A DNA stretch of 64,000 nt from Myxococcales bacterium (GTDB lineage Bacteria > Myxococcota > Myxococcia > Myxococcales > JAKAPL01): contig JAJXUD010000012.1 of assembly GCA_021783235.1 (NCBI GenBank), positions 16,503 through 80,502 of the forward strand. Direction: 5' to 3'. Of this stretch, positions 47,456 through 57,139 are shown piece after piece (positions within the stretch are counted from its first letter, which is position 1; every line of letters starts with the position of its first letter). The translations under genes and the position numbers were made by a program. Below the pieces are notes generated by a model. It was not told where the DNA came from, did not search any database, and was given only the letters and a program-made list of their open reading frames with translations.

Positions 47456-49762
47456 ATGCTCGCTGCCGCGATGCCCCGCCTCCTCGCCGTCGCCACCCTC
47501 GCCGCCGCGCTCGTCGCCTCGCCGGCCCGGGCCGGCTGGAGCTGGCTCTCCCCCACGCCCACCGGCTACCCGATCGAGGGCGCGGCGTTCCCCACCGCCT
47601 CGAGGGGCTACCTGGTCGGTGGCGCCGGGACGATCCTCGCCTCGACCGACGGGGGCGCTCGTTGGACGCTCGAGTCGGCGCCGAGCAGCGCCGACCTGTA
47701 TGGCGTCTTCTTCCTCCCCGACGGCGCGACGGGGTGGGCGGTGGGAGGGAACGGGACGATCCTTCACACGACGGACGGAGTGCACTGGAGCGCGCAGACC
47801 TCGCCGACCGCTCAGAAGCTTTACGCCGTGGCCTTCGTGGACGCCCTCCACGGCTTCGTCGCGGGCGACCAGCGGACGCTCCTCCAGACGGCAGACGGCG
47901 GCCAGAGCTGGACCCTGCGCGACGGCCAGATCCTCACTCTGAATGCCCTCGTCTTCGCCGACGCGCTCCACGGCTTCGCGGCGGGCTGGGGCGGAACCGT
48001 GCTGCTCACGCTCGATGGCGGCCAGAGTTGGAGCCCGATCGAGACGCCGACGACCGAGGATCTGCTCGCCCTCTCGTTCGCCGACGCCTCCCACGGCTGG
48101 GCGGTCGGCGCCGGCGGAGCAATCGTCGCGACAACGGACGGCGGCCGGAGCTGGCACGCGCAGGCGGCCGGCCTCACCTCGCAAGATCTGGTCGGAGTCT
48201 TCGCGGCCACCTCCGGCGTGGCGTACGCGGTCGGCAACGGCGGCAGCTTCTGGTTCACGACCGACGGCTCGACGTGGCAGGCGGGCGGCTGGGCCGACGC
48301 GGGAGAGGTCCTCACCGGGCTCGCCGCCTCTCCCACGGGCGCGCTCGTCGCGCTCGGGGCGGACGGCCACATCTACTCGGCGCCGCCGACGACGGCGCCA
48401 GGCAGCCAGATCTTCTCTGACGAGAACCAGGGCTTCTCGCGCTACGAATCAGTGACCGGGATCGCCTTCGCGGACGCGCTCCACGGCGTCCTCGTGGCGG
48501 GCGGCGTCCTCTATTACACGCAGGACGGCGGCGCCCACCTTCAGCCGGGCAGCATCCCCCCCTCCAGCCAGCCGAGCCGACCGTTCGTCGCCTGGCAGGC
48601 GGTCAGCATGCCGGCCCCGAGCGCGGTCTTCGCGGTGGGCACGGGCGGCGGCATCGCCGTCAGCCACGACGTCGGCCAGAGCTGGAGCTGGCTCTCCGAC
48701 CAGGGCGGGTTCCCCGAGGCCGACCTCTTCGCGGTCGCCTTCGCCGACGGGCAGGTCGGCTACGCTGCGGGCGAGCAGGGGATGGTGCTCTCGACCCGCG
48801 ACGGCGGGGGCAGCTGGAGCCCCGAGCCGACGCCAGCCGCCGGTACGCTGCACGCGCTCCTCGTCCTCTCGCCGAACGAGGCGGTCGCGGTCGGAGACTA
48901 CGGCGAGATCGTCGGGACGACCGACGGGCGAAGCTGGTCGCTCGCCGCGATCCCTCCCGGCTCGCAGGCGCTGCGCGGCATCTCGGGGAGACCGCCGGGC
49001 CACATCTACGCCGTCGGCGACCGCGGCGCGACGCTCGTCTCACTCGACCAGGGGCAGACCTGGTACGCCCAGCCGAGCATCGCCGACGCGGACCTCGGGC
49101 CGATCGTGATGCTCGATCGGCTGAACGGCTTTCTCGCCACCTCCCATCCCGGACAGATCCTCGTAACGAGAGACGGGGCGCAGAGCTGGCAGCCTCAGAT
49201 CGGCGCGCTGCCGCCGCTCGCGGCGCTCGCCTTCGTGGATCCGCAGCACGGCTTCGCGGGCGGCGTCGGCGGCTCGCTCCTCGGAACCGACACGGGCGGC
49301 GAGGCGAGCTGCGTCTCGAGCGCCGACTGCGCCGACGCCGGCGCCGAAAATGGGCTCGGCTACGCCTGCGTGCGGGGCGCCTGCGCGCCCTGCAACCTCG
49401 ACTCGCAGTGCACGGCGGCCTGCTCCGCCTGCGGCGCGCCCACGCCCTACTGCCTCGGGGGCTTCTGCGGCCAGTGCCTCCTCGACTCCGACTGCGCCGA
49501 CGGCGGCAGCTGCATCTCGGGCGGCTGCGTCGTCAATTCGCCGCTGCCGGACGCGGGGCTGCCCTTCGCGGACGGCGGATTCACGGGCTTCGACGCCGGG
49601 TTCGTCGTGGTGCTCCCCGACGGCGGCGTGCGGCTCAACCCCCAGGCGCTCTGCTGCGGCTGCCGCCCCGGCGGGGACGGAAGCTCGCCGCTCGGCCCGC
49701 TGATCCTGGGGGGCTTCCTCTTCGTGTCGCTTTTTCTCCACCGCCGCCGCGCGGGGCGGTAG
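47456..49762 (+). CDS. Secreted BNR/Asp-box (Ycf48-like) double beta-propeller protein with a Cys-rich module and a MYXO-CTERM-type sorting tail
   Basis: Signal peptide. About 12 Asp-box repeats (S/T-x-D-G-G-x-S/T-W). A Cys-rich stretch. A C-terminal CCGCRPGG…LILGGFLFVSLFLHRRRAGR tail. An alternative start lies at 47471. Confidence 0.8.
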   Translation: MLAAAMPRLLAVATLAAALVASPARAGWSWLSPTPTGYPIEGAAFPTASRGYLVGGAGTILASTDGGARWTLESAPSSADLYGVFFLPDGATGWAVGGNGTILHTTDGVHWSAQTSPTAQKLYAVAFVDALHGFVAGDQRTLLQTADGGQSWTLRDGQILTLNALVFADALHGFAAGWGGTVLLTLDGGQSWSPIETPTTEDLLALSFADASHGWAVGAGGAIVATTDGGRSWHAQAAGLTSQDLVGVFAATSGVAYAVGNGGSFWFTTDGSTWQAGGWADAGEVLTGLAASPTGALVALGADGHIYSAPPTTAPGSQIFSDENQGFSRYESVTGIAFADALHGVLVAGGVLYYTQDGGAHLQPGSIPPSSQPSRPFVAWQAVSMPAPSAVFAVGTGGGIAVSHDVGQSWSWLSDQGGFPEADLFAVAFADGQVGYAAGEQGMVLSTRDGGGSWSPEPTPAAGTLHALLVLSPNEAVAVGDYGEIVGTTDGRSWSLAAIPPGSQALRGISGRPPGHIYAVGDRGATLVSLDQGQTWYAQPSIADADLGPIVMLDRLNGFLATSHPGQILVTRDGAQSWQPQIGALPPLAALAFVDPQHGFAGGVGGSLLGTDTGGEASCVSSADCADAGAENGLGYACVRGACAPCNLDSQCTAACSACGAPTPYCLGGFCGQCLLDSDCADGGSCISGGCVVNSPLPDAGLPFADGGFTGFDAGFVVVLPDGGVRLNPQALCCGCRPGGDGSSPLGPLILGGFLFVSLFLHRRRAGR

Positions 49763-49821
49763 AAGTCTCCGCGGCGCGTCTGATAGAACGCGCTCGCGGT
49801 TTCGAACGAACGAGGACTCCC

Positions 49822-51657
49822 ATGGCCGAGGAAGCGCGTTTCATCGTCGTCGGGGGCGGGCTCGCCGGGCTGATGACCACCATCAAGCTCGCCGAGGCGG
49901 GGCAGAAGGTCGACGTCTTCTCCATCGTGCCGGTCAAGCGCAGCCACTCGGTCTGCGCCCAGGGCGGGATCAACGGCGCCGTCAACACGAAGGGCGAAGG
50001 GGATCACCCCGACATCCACGTCAAGGACACGCTCAAGGGCGGCGACTTCCTCGCCGAGCAGCCTCCGGTCAAGGGCATGTGCTACGCCGCGCCCGGGATC
50101 ATCTACCTGCTCGACCGGATGGGCGTGCCGTTCAGCCGCACCCCCGAGGGCCTCATCGACTTCCGCCGATTCGGCGGCACCCTCCACCATCGCACGGCGT
50201 TCGCGGGCGCCACCACCGGCCAGCAGCTCCTCTACGCGCTCGACGAGCAGGTCCGCCGCCACGAGGCCGACGGGCGCGTCCGCAAGTTCGAGTACTGGGA
50301 GTTCCTCGGCATCGCGAAGGACCCCGAGGGCCGCTGCCGCGGCATCGCGGCGATGGACGTGCGGACGATGGAGGTCCGCTCGTTCCCCGCCACGGCGGTC
50401 TGCCTCGCCACCGGCGGGCCGGGCATCATCTTCGGGCGCAGCACGAACTCCGTCATCAACACGGGCTCGGCCATGGGCAGCGCCTACCAAGACGGAGCTT
50501 TCTATGCGAACCCCGAGATGATCCAGGTCCACCCGACCGCGATCCCGAGCGAGGACAAGCTTCGCCTCATGAGCGAGAGCATCCGGGGCGAGGGTGGACG
50601 CGTCTGGGTGCCCCGCGACGGAAAGCCCTGGTACTTCCTCGAGGAGAAGTACCCGCACTACAAGAACCTGGTCCCCCGCGACGTCGCCACCCGCGAGATC
50701 TTCCGCGTCTGCCGCGAGCTCAAGCTCGGCGTCGACGGCAAGGACCAAGTCTACCTCGACGTCACCCACATCCCGGCCGACGTGCTACACCGCAAGCTCG
50801 GCGGCGTCATCGAGATGTACGAGAAGTTCGTGGGCGACGATCCGACCCGGGTGCCGATGCGAATCTTCCCCGGCATGCACTACAGCATGGGCGGCCTCTG
50901 GGTGGATTACGAGGCCAACGCAGCGGGCGACATCGTCCCGTCGCCGCGCAACCAGGCCACCAACATCCCTGGCCTCTACGCGACGGGCGAGGTCGATTAC
51001 CAGTACCACGGCGCGAACCGGCTCGGCGCCAACTCGCTCCTCTCCTGCATCTACGCGGGGCAGATCGGCGGGCCAGCCATGACGCTCTATGCTCAGAACG
51101 CGCAGAAGGCGACCGTCTCGCCCGCCGACAAGGCGCTCGAGGCCGCGCGGTCGCGCTGGTCCGAGCGGATCCAATCCATCTACAAGATGAAGGGAACCGA
51201 GAACCCCTACCGGATCCACCAGGAGCTCGGGGATCTCATGACCGACAGCTGCACGGTCGTCCGCTACAACGACAAGCTGCGCGCCGCCGAAGAGAAGATC
51301 CGCGGCATGAAGGAGCGCTGGGGCAAGATTGGCAACCTCGACGACAGCGCAAAGGCGAACCAGGCCGTCTCGTTCACGAACCAGCTCTGGAACATGCTCG
51401 AGATGGCCCACGCCATGGTCAAGGGCGCGCTCCTGCGCGATGAGTGCCGCGGCGCCCACTACAAGCCCGACTTCGAAATGAAGCCCACCGAGGGGAAGAA
51501 GCCCACGGACGACGCGGCCTTCATGGAGAAGTGGCGCGCGAACCTCGACCGCTGGTGCCGCACGACCATCGCGACCCACAAGCCCGACGGGCCCGAGATG
51601 AGCTTCCGGCCGATTCCGTTCCCCGTCCTGAAGCCCGAGCCGCGCCACTACGACTGA
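49822..51657 (+). CDS. sdhA: Succinate dehydrogenase/fumarate reductase flavoprotein subunit
   Basis: FAD motif VVGGGLAGL. SHSVCAQGGI (FAD-attachment His region). HPTAI and RGEGG motifs. Confidence 0.95.
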   Translation: MAEEARFIVVGGGLAGLMTTIKLAEAGQKVDVFSIVPVKRSHSVCAQGGINGAVNTKGEGDHPDIHVKDTLKGGDFLAEQPPVKGMCYAAPGIIYLLDRMGVPFSRTPEGLIDFRRFGGTLHHRTAFAGATTGQQLLYALDEQVRRHEADGRVRKFEYWEFLGIAKDPEGRCRGIAAMDVRTMEVRSFPATAVCLATGGPGIIFGRSTNSVINTGSAMGSAYQDGAFYANPEMIQVHPTAIPSEDKLRLMSESIRGEGGRVWVPRDGKPWYFLEEKYPHYKNLVPRDVATREIFRVCRELKLGVDGKDQVYLDVTHIPADVLHRKLGGVIEMYEKFVGDDPTRVPMRIFPGMHYSMGGLWVDYEANAAGDIVPSPRNQATNIPGLYATGEVDYQYHGANRLGANSLLSCIYAGQIGGPAMTLYAQNAQKATVSPADKALEAARSRWSERIQSIYKMKGTENPYRIHQELGDLMTDSCTVVRYNDKLRAAEEKIRGMKERWGKIGNLDDSAKANQAVSFTNQLWNMLEMAHAMVKGALLRDECRGAHYKPDFEMKPTEGKKPTDDAAFMEKWRANLDRWCRTTIATHKPDGPEMSFRPIPFPVLKPEPRHYD

Positions 51658-51671
51658 GCGATCGCGGATCC

Positions 51672-51697
51672 GACGGCCGGGCGATCGCCCGGCCGTC
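51672..51697. terminator. 26-nt perfect GC-rich palindrome between convergent sdhA and hemN; possible bidirectional terminator
   Basis: GACGGCCGGGCGATCGCCCGGCCGTC. There is no clear U-tract on either strand. Confidence 0.4.
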
Positions 51698-51715
51698 TGC
51701 GATCTGACCCACGAA

Positions 51716-53053
51716 CTAGACCGCCCGCGAGTACTCCCCCGCGCCTCGGCGGTGCGCGTCGAAGACCGAGGCGACGTTCCGGACGAACACGCGTCCGAGC
51801 CCCGTCAAGACGATCTGCCCCTCGGACAGCCGCAGGAGCCCCTCGCGCTCGAGCGCGCGCAGCCGCTCCAGCTCTGGCCCGAACCGCTTCCCCGAGTCCC
51901 GGCCGAGGTCGGCCGCGAAGTGGCACATGAGCCCCTGGATGATGGAGCGACGGAGCCGCTCGTCCGGATCGAGCGCGAGGCCGCGCTCGGTCGCGAGCCT
52001 TCCCGCGCGGACGGCCGCCTCGTAGCGGACGAGCGCCCGGCTGTTCTGCGCGTAGACCCCGCCGACGTCGCTGATGGCGCTGACGCCGATCGCGATGACG
52101 TCGTCCACCGGCATTGCGGTGTAGCCCTGGAAGTTGCGCCGCAGGCGGCCGGCGGCCTGCGCCAGGGCCAGCTCGTCGCCGGGCCGCGCGAAGTGGTCCA
52201 TCCCGATCGGCAGAAAGCCCTCCCCTTCGAACGCCTCGTAGGCCATTCGAAAGAGGTTCAGCTTGGCGACGCCGGACGGGATCTCTTGGAGGGGCAGGAG
52301 CCGCTGGTGGTGCCGGACCTCCGGCACGTATGCAAACGAGTAGACGGCCGCGCGATCGGGATGCATCTCGAGCACCCGTTCGAGGGTCTTCGCCCAGCGC
52401 TCGGGCGTCTGGCGCGGCAATCCGTAGATGAGATCGACGTTGAGCCCGCGAAAGCCGAGCTCGCGGGCCCGCGTCAGGATCGCCTCCGTCTGTGGAGCCG
52501 ACTGCTCGCGGCCGATCGCCTCCTGGACGTCCGGATCGAGATCCTGGATCCCGACCGATAGCCGGTTGAAGCCCAGGTCGGCGAGCAGCTCGATCTGTCC
52601 GATCGTCGCTGTGCGTGGGTTCACCTCGACGGCGACCTCGGCCTTCGGATCGACGTCGAAGCGGGCGCCGATCGCCCCCCAGAGCCGCTCGATCTGCGCG
52701 TCATCGAGCGCCGTCGGCGTCCCTCCGCCCCAATGGATTTGCGCGAGGGACCGCCGGCCGCCCAGCCGCTCCCGGACCAGATCCAGCTCGAGGTCGATGG
52801 CGTCGAGGTAGCGGTCGATCTGCTGGGGCTCCCGCAGCACGATGACGTTGCAGCCGCAGAATCGGCAGAGCTCACGGCAGAACGGCAGGTGGACGTACAG
52901 CGAGATCCGCTCGCTCGCCGACCGAAGCGCGCTACCGTACCCATCGGGATCGAAGCCGTCGCTCCAGACGGGAACGGTGGGATAGCTCGTGTACCTGGGC
53001 GCCTCGACGTCGTAGCGGCGGACCAACGCCTCGTCGACCTTGGGAAAGGGCAT
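51716..53053 (-). CDS. hemN: Oxygen-independent coproporphyrinogen III oxidase-like radical SAM protein
   Basis: YVHLPFCRELCRFCGCN (CxxxCxxC) motif, the Y-T-S-Y-P-T N-terminal motif, and a HemN C-terminal domain. Confidence 0.85.
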   Translation of the reverse strand: MPFPKVDEALVRRYDVEAPRYTSYPTVPVWSDGFDPDGYGSALRSASERISLYVHLPFCRELCRFCGCNVIVLREPQQIDRYLDAIDLELDLVRERLGGRRSLAQIHWGGGTPTALDDAQIERLWGAIGARFDVDPKAEVAVEVNPRTATIGQIELLADLGFNRLSVGIQDLDPDVQEAIGREQSAPQTEAILTRARELGFRGLNVDLIYGLPRQTPERWAKTLERVLEMHPDRAAVYSFAYVPEVRHHQRLLPLQEIPSGVAKLNLFRMAYEAFEGEGFLPIGMDHFARPGDELALAQAAGRLRRNFQGYTAMPVDDVIAIGVSAISDVGGVYAQNSRALVRYEAAVRAGRLATERGLALDPDERLRRSIIQGLMCHFAADLGRDSGKRFGPELERLRALEREGLLRLSEGQIVLTGLGRVFVRNVASVFDAHRRGAGEYSRAV

Positions 53054-53299
53054 GGACGGCTACCTCGAAACCGAGAGGGCGAGCGCCCACATGGGGTACG
53101 TTCGCCTGCAAAAGAGAATCTCGACGCCGAGATTTGGGATCTCGGGGCGCGAGGGGGCTGAGTTGGGAAGGCGGAAGAGGGACATGGGCGGCCAAGGCCA
53201 TTCTGGACAGTTTGCAAGCCGCACGCCAGAGGAAGGCGCCAGTCCGCGGCTGAATTCCCCGGCGAGCCGGAGTGCAACGGCTGCGGCCGAGGGCGAGCG

Positions 53300-54067
53300 A
53301 TGACGCCCGATCGGCAGGAAATGCGCCGGCGAGGGCGTCTGAGCCGCGCCGTCCGATACGCCTTCGCGGGCCTCGCGCTGTCGCTCGGCGCGCCGCTCGG
53401 CTGGCTCGCCCTCCACTGCGGGATCCTCGCGGTCTGCCGACCCTGGTCCCGGATCGCGGCGGATCCGGGGCTCTACGCCTACCTGCTCCTCGGGACGGCG
53501 GTCGCCTTCGGGACCTTCGGCGCAGCCGTCGGCCACCTCTCCGATCGGCTCGCGGAGGCCCGCGACCGGCTCGAGCGGCTCTCCCTGACCGACTCCCTCA
53601 CCTCGCTCTACAACGCCCGCTACTTCCACGAGGCGCTGGCGCGCGGCTGCTCCAGGGGAGATCGGGATGGACGCCCCTTCGCGCTCGTGATGGCCGACAT
53701 CGATCTCTTCAAGCAGGTGAACGACAGCCATGGCCACGCCGTGGGCGACCGCGTCCTCGCCCACGTCGCGAAGCTCCTCGCCGAGGGCGCCCGCGCCGCC
53801 GACGAGGTCTGCCGCATCGGCGGCGAGGAGTTCGCGATCCTGGCGCCGGACGCCGATGCCGCGGACGCCCAGCTGATCGCCGAACGAATTCGAGATCGGA
53901 TCGAGCGGACGCCGCTCGTCGCCGAGGGAGGCGCGATTGGCGTCACCGTCTCCTTCGGAACGGCCAGCCAACCGCCTGCGCGGGGGGCCGAGGATCTCTT
54001 CCGCGCCGCGGACGCCCGCCTCTACGAGTCGAAGCGGACGGGCCGCAACCGCGTGACGGGCCCCTGA
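53300..54067 (+). CDS. Membrane-anchored GGDEF diguanylate cyclase
   Basis: Two N-terminal TM segments. GGDEF domain with RIGGEEFAIL and DxLT…LYNAR motifs. Confidence 0.85.
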   Translation: MTPDRQEMRRRGRLSRAVRYAFAGLALSLGAPLGWLALHCGILAVCRPWSRIAADPGLYAYLLLGTAVAFGTFGAAVGHLSDRLAEARDRLERLSLTDSLTSLYNARYFHEALARGCSRGDRDGRPFALVMADIDLFKQVNDSHGHAVGDRVLAHVAKLLAEGARAADEVCRIGGEEFAILAPDADAADAQLIAERIRDRIERTPLVAEGGAIGVTVSFGTASQPPARGAEDLFRAADARLYESKRTGRNRVTGP

Positions 54068-54154
54068 GAGAGTTCCCCTCGCGAAGAGACCAGCCGGGCC
54101 CTTGCTCGCGGCGCTCGCCGTGCCCATGTTGGCCCTGCTCACAGGGAGGCGCCG

Positions 54155-54532
54155 ATGCTCACCGGAGGAACCCCGACTCTCTATGTGACGAACCTCGATC
54201 GGTCGATCGCCTTCTTCACCCAGACTCTCGGGCTCGAGCTCAAAGGACGACCGAGCGAGGGTTGGGCCGAGATCGACGCGGGGGGCGGACTGATCCTCGG
54301 ACTCCACCCGTTCTCCCCGCACGCCGCCTCCCCCGGAACCCGCGGCGCCATCACGGTGGGCTTCGACGTCACCGAGACGCTCGAAATGGCCATGGGCGAA
54401 CTCGAGCGGCGCGGCGTCCGCTTCCGGACGCCGATCCTCGACAACCCGGGCTCGCCGGTTCGCCTCGTCTTCTTCAGCGACCCCGACGGCAACGAACTCT
54501 ACCTGAGAGAGACGCGGCCGAAGCGCCGCTGA
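54155..54532 (+). CDS. VOC (glyoxalase/bleomycin-resistance/dioxygenase) family protein
   Basis: 125-aa product with the pattern YVTNLDRSIAFFTQTLGLEL…GLHP…F.V…F.DPDGNELYL. GGGAGG lies upstream. Confidence 0.65.
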   Translation: MLTGGTPTLYVTNLDRSIAFFTQTLGLELKGRPSEGWAEIDAGGGLILGLHPFSPHAASPGTRGAITVGFDVTETLEMAMGELERRGVRFRTPILDNPGSPVRLVFFSDPDGNELYLRETRPKRR

Positions 54533-54593
54533 GCGGGAGCGGCCGCCGCCTCGCGGGGCCGAACTCCACGGACGCCGACCCTGAATCGTGGAA

Positions 54594-55367
54594 TCAGCGG
54601 CGTTCGGCTTGCCGCCGCAGCAGGTCGACGTAGGAGATGATCCCGACGAGCCGACGACTGGGGTCGACGACAGGAACCGCGCCGATTCCGTGGCGCAGGA
54701 GCAGCCGCGCCACCGTGCTCGCCGGGGTCTCCTCCGCGACCGAGAGCGCGGGCGCGGACATGACCACCCCGACCTCTTCCTCCAGCGAACCCGGAGGGCT
54801 GGCCCGCCCGAGGCGTGAGCGAACGTCCCGATCCGAGAGCATGCCGACGAGCGTGCCGGCCGCATCGACGACCGGCAGGTGGCGAACGCCGAGCCGACTC
54901 ATTCGCTCCGCGGCGACCCCGAGTGGCTCCTTCTGGAGCGCGGTGGCCGGTCTGCGGGTCATGAGCTCCCGCGCCGACGGGTTCTCGGGAACCGACGAGA
55001 GCGAGTGGGCGGCGATGACATCGCTGCGGGTCACTATGCCGAGCAGACCGCCCTCGGCGTCGACGATCGGTAGACAGCCGATCCGCTCGAGCAGCATCCG
55101 GCGGCCCAGCTCGGCGAGTTCGTCGTCGGGCTTCGCCGTCCGAACTGGCGCGGTCATGACCGATCCCACCGTCGCCGAGGCGTCGTCAGGCTGCTCGGCC
55201 CTGTGGAAGAGGAGATCCCGCTCGGTGAAGATCCCGACGAGCTCCCGCCCGCGGACCACCGGCAGGTGGTGGATCCCCGCGGCGGCCATCCGGGAATGGG
55301 CCTCCGAGAGAGCGAGGCTCTCCTCGACCGCCACGACCTCGGTTCCGAGCAGCTCGCGGGCCTTCAT
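54594..55367 (-). CDS. Protein with four tandem CBS domains
   Basis: Four repeats of the CBS pattern (…HHLPVV…GIFTERDL…, …GCLPIVD…GIVTRSDV…, …RHLPVVD…GMLSDRDV…, …GAVPVVD…GIISYVDL…). Confidence 0.8.
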   Translation of the reverse strand: MKARELLGTEVVAVEESLALSEAHSRMAAAGIHHLPVVRGRELVGIFTERDLLFHRAEQPDDASATVGSVMTAPVRTAKPDDELAELGRRMLLERIGCLPIVDAEGGLLGIVTRSDVIAAHSLSSVPENPSARELMTRRPATALQKEPLGVAAERMSRLGVRHLPVVDAAGTLVGMLSDRDVRSRLGRASPPGSLEEEVGVVMSAPALSVAEETPASTVARLLLRHGIGAVPVVDPSRRLVGIISYVDLLRRQAERR

Positions 55368-55604
55368 CGAGAGGTACCTCCAGGCTTCTTTGTTGGGGCG
55401 TGTTCATCCCCGGGGCTGCAAGGGTCGGGCCGTCCCAAAGAAGGCGATGACCCAGTTGCCGACGCTCCGTTTTTTGCGCGCAAGGCCTGCGGCTTTCCTG
55501 GGTGTCGGCGCACCAAATGCGCGCAGGTCGCGCTGCCGCGCCATGGAACCGGGGTCTCGAATTCCTCCGCCGGACCGGCACTCTCCTTGCACCCGAATCG
55601 TGGG

Positions 55605-55940
55605 ATGGAGAGCGACGGGGTGGGCTCGAGAGAGGCGGAGCAGGCGAGGCGAAAGCTCGCGCGAAGGCGCGAGACCATCGCGCGGCTCTACGAAGCGACC
55701 TCCGCCCAGCGGCTTGCCGGCGGGGGGCGCGAGGCAGGAGAAAAGAACGAGGTCGAGCCCGTGCAGACTCACCTCGCCGACGAGGTGCTGCGCGAGATCC
55801 TCGAGATCGACCGCGCCATCGATCGGATCGACCGCGGGACGTGGGGGCTCTGCGAGCGCTGTGGCCAGCGCATCGGCCGCTCCCGCCTCCGGGCGCTTCC
55901 CGAGACTCGACGCTGCCTGGACTGCCGGGAGAATCGCTGA
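55605..55940 (+). CDS. DksA/TraR-family C4 zinc-finger protein
   Basis: C-terminal GLCERCGQRI…RLRALPETRRCLDC motif (CxxC-x17-CxxC). Confidence 0.75.
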   Translation: MESDGVGSREAEQARRKLARRRETIARLYEATSAQRLAGGGREAGEKNEVEPVQTHLADEVLREILEIDRAIDRIDRGTWGLCERCGQRIGRSRLRALPETRRCLDCRENR

Positions 55941-55980
55941 CCCTTGAGCGGGCTCCACCATCGCCGTTACTGTGGGCCCG

Positions 55981-57132
55981 ATGGCAGAGACGATCTTGGA
56001 TGAGCTGAGGCGTTACGTCGAGTTCGGAACGGAGGACGAGGCGCGCCTTCGCGCCCTTCACCCGCACGCGGCGCCGCACTTCGAGCGCATCGCCAAGGTC
56101 TTTTACGACCGGATCCTGACCCACGAGGGGGCCCGCCTGGCGCTCGAGAGCGGTGACGGCCAAGTCAGCCGGCTCGAGGTGACGCTCCAGGCCTGGATGG
56201 ATCGGCTGCTCTCCGGGCCGTGGGACCAGTCCTACTACGACACCAGGGCCCGCATCGGCCGCGTCCACGTCCGCATCCAGCTCCCGCAGCACTACATGCT
56301 CGGCGCGATGAACGTCCTGCGCCGCGAGCTGGAGTCCGTGGCCGACGTGGCGTTTCAGGGGCGCCCCACCGATCTCGCCGCCACGCGGACGGCGCTCGGG
56401 AAGATCCTCGACCTCGAGCTCGCCATCATGCTGCACAGCTACCGCGAAGACCTGCTCGAGGAGCGGGCCAAGCTCGAGCGGCTCTCGACGTTTGGGCAGC
56501 TCGTCGGCTTCATCGGCCACGAGCTGCGCAACCCGCTGAGCGTCATCGAGACCTCCCTGCACCTGCTCCGCGGCCGCCTCCCGGACTCCGACGAGCGGAT
56601 CACGAAACACCTCGATCGCATCGGCTCGCAGCTCTTGCAGGCAAACGACATCATTGGAAACCTCCTCGACCTCGTCCGCGACCGCGCCCGCGTCCGCTCC
56701 CCGGTCGACGTGGGCTCGCTCATCCGAGAGCTCACCGGCGCGGTCGAGCGGCCGGAGCGCGTCTCGCTCTCCCTCTCGGGCCTGGACGACCTGCCGCCCG
56801 TCCACGGCGACGCCATCCAGCTCCGCCAAGTCTTTCGCAACCTGCTCGCGAACGCCGTCGAGGCGACCGCCCCCGAGGGGGAGGTCCGCGTGGACGGCCG
56901 CTCCTCGGACGGCTTTCTCGAACTCGCCGTCGAGGACAGCGGACCCGGGGTCGATCCCGAGGTTCGCCGGCGCCTCTTCGAGCCGCTCGTCACGACGAAG
57001 GAGCGGGGGATCGGCCTCGGGCTCGCGCTCGTCCGCCGCTTCGTCGAGCAGCACGGCGGATCGGTCGAGCTCGACCGGTCGTACGGCCCCGGGGCCCGCT
57101 TCCGAGTTCGCCTGCCGATTCAGGCGGCCTGA
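55981..57132 (+). CDS. Globin-coupled sensor histidine kinase
   Basis: N-terminal protoglobin/globin-sensor segment (…[10 protein letters not shown]…[20 protein letters not shown]…). His[15 protein letters not shown]. HATPase_c motifs ([17 protein letters not shown]). Confidence 0.8.
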   Translation: MAETILDELRRYVEFGTEDEARLRALHPHAAPHFERIAKVFYDRILTHEGARLALESGDGQVSRLEVTLQAWMDRLLSGPWDQSYYDTRARIGRVHVRIQLPQHYMLGAMNVLRRELESVADVAFQGRPTDLAATRTALGKILDLELAIMLHSYREDLLEERAKLERLSTFGQLVGFIGHELRNPLSVIETSLHLLRGRLPDSDERITKHLDRIGSQLLQANDIIGNLLDLVRDRARVRSPVDVGSLIRELTGAVERPERVSLSLSGLDDLPPVHGDAIQLRQVFRNLLANAVEATAPEGEVRVDGRSSDGFLELAVEDSGPGVDPEVRRRLFEPLVTTKERGIGLGLALVRRFVEQHGGSVELDRSYGPGARFRVRLPIQAA

Positions 57133-57139
57133 GCCCCCG

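Noticed and set aside
54065-54157. In-frame TGA between the GGDEF gene and the VOC gene, which share a frame with no other stop between them
   Set aside because: The GGDEF domain ends naturally before the stop. The VOC gene has its own GGGAGG-spaced ATG and a complete N-terminus. The 87-nt linker is Arg-rich filler. Sharing a frame is expected by chance one time in three.
55186-57054. 622-aa minus-strand ORF over the DksA and globin-kinase genes
   Set aside because: It is an antisense GC artefact with no motifs.
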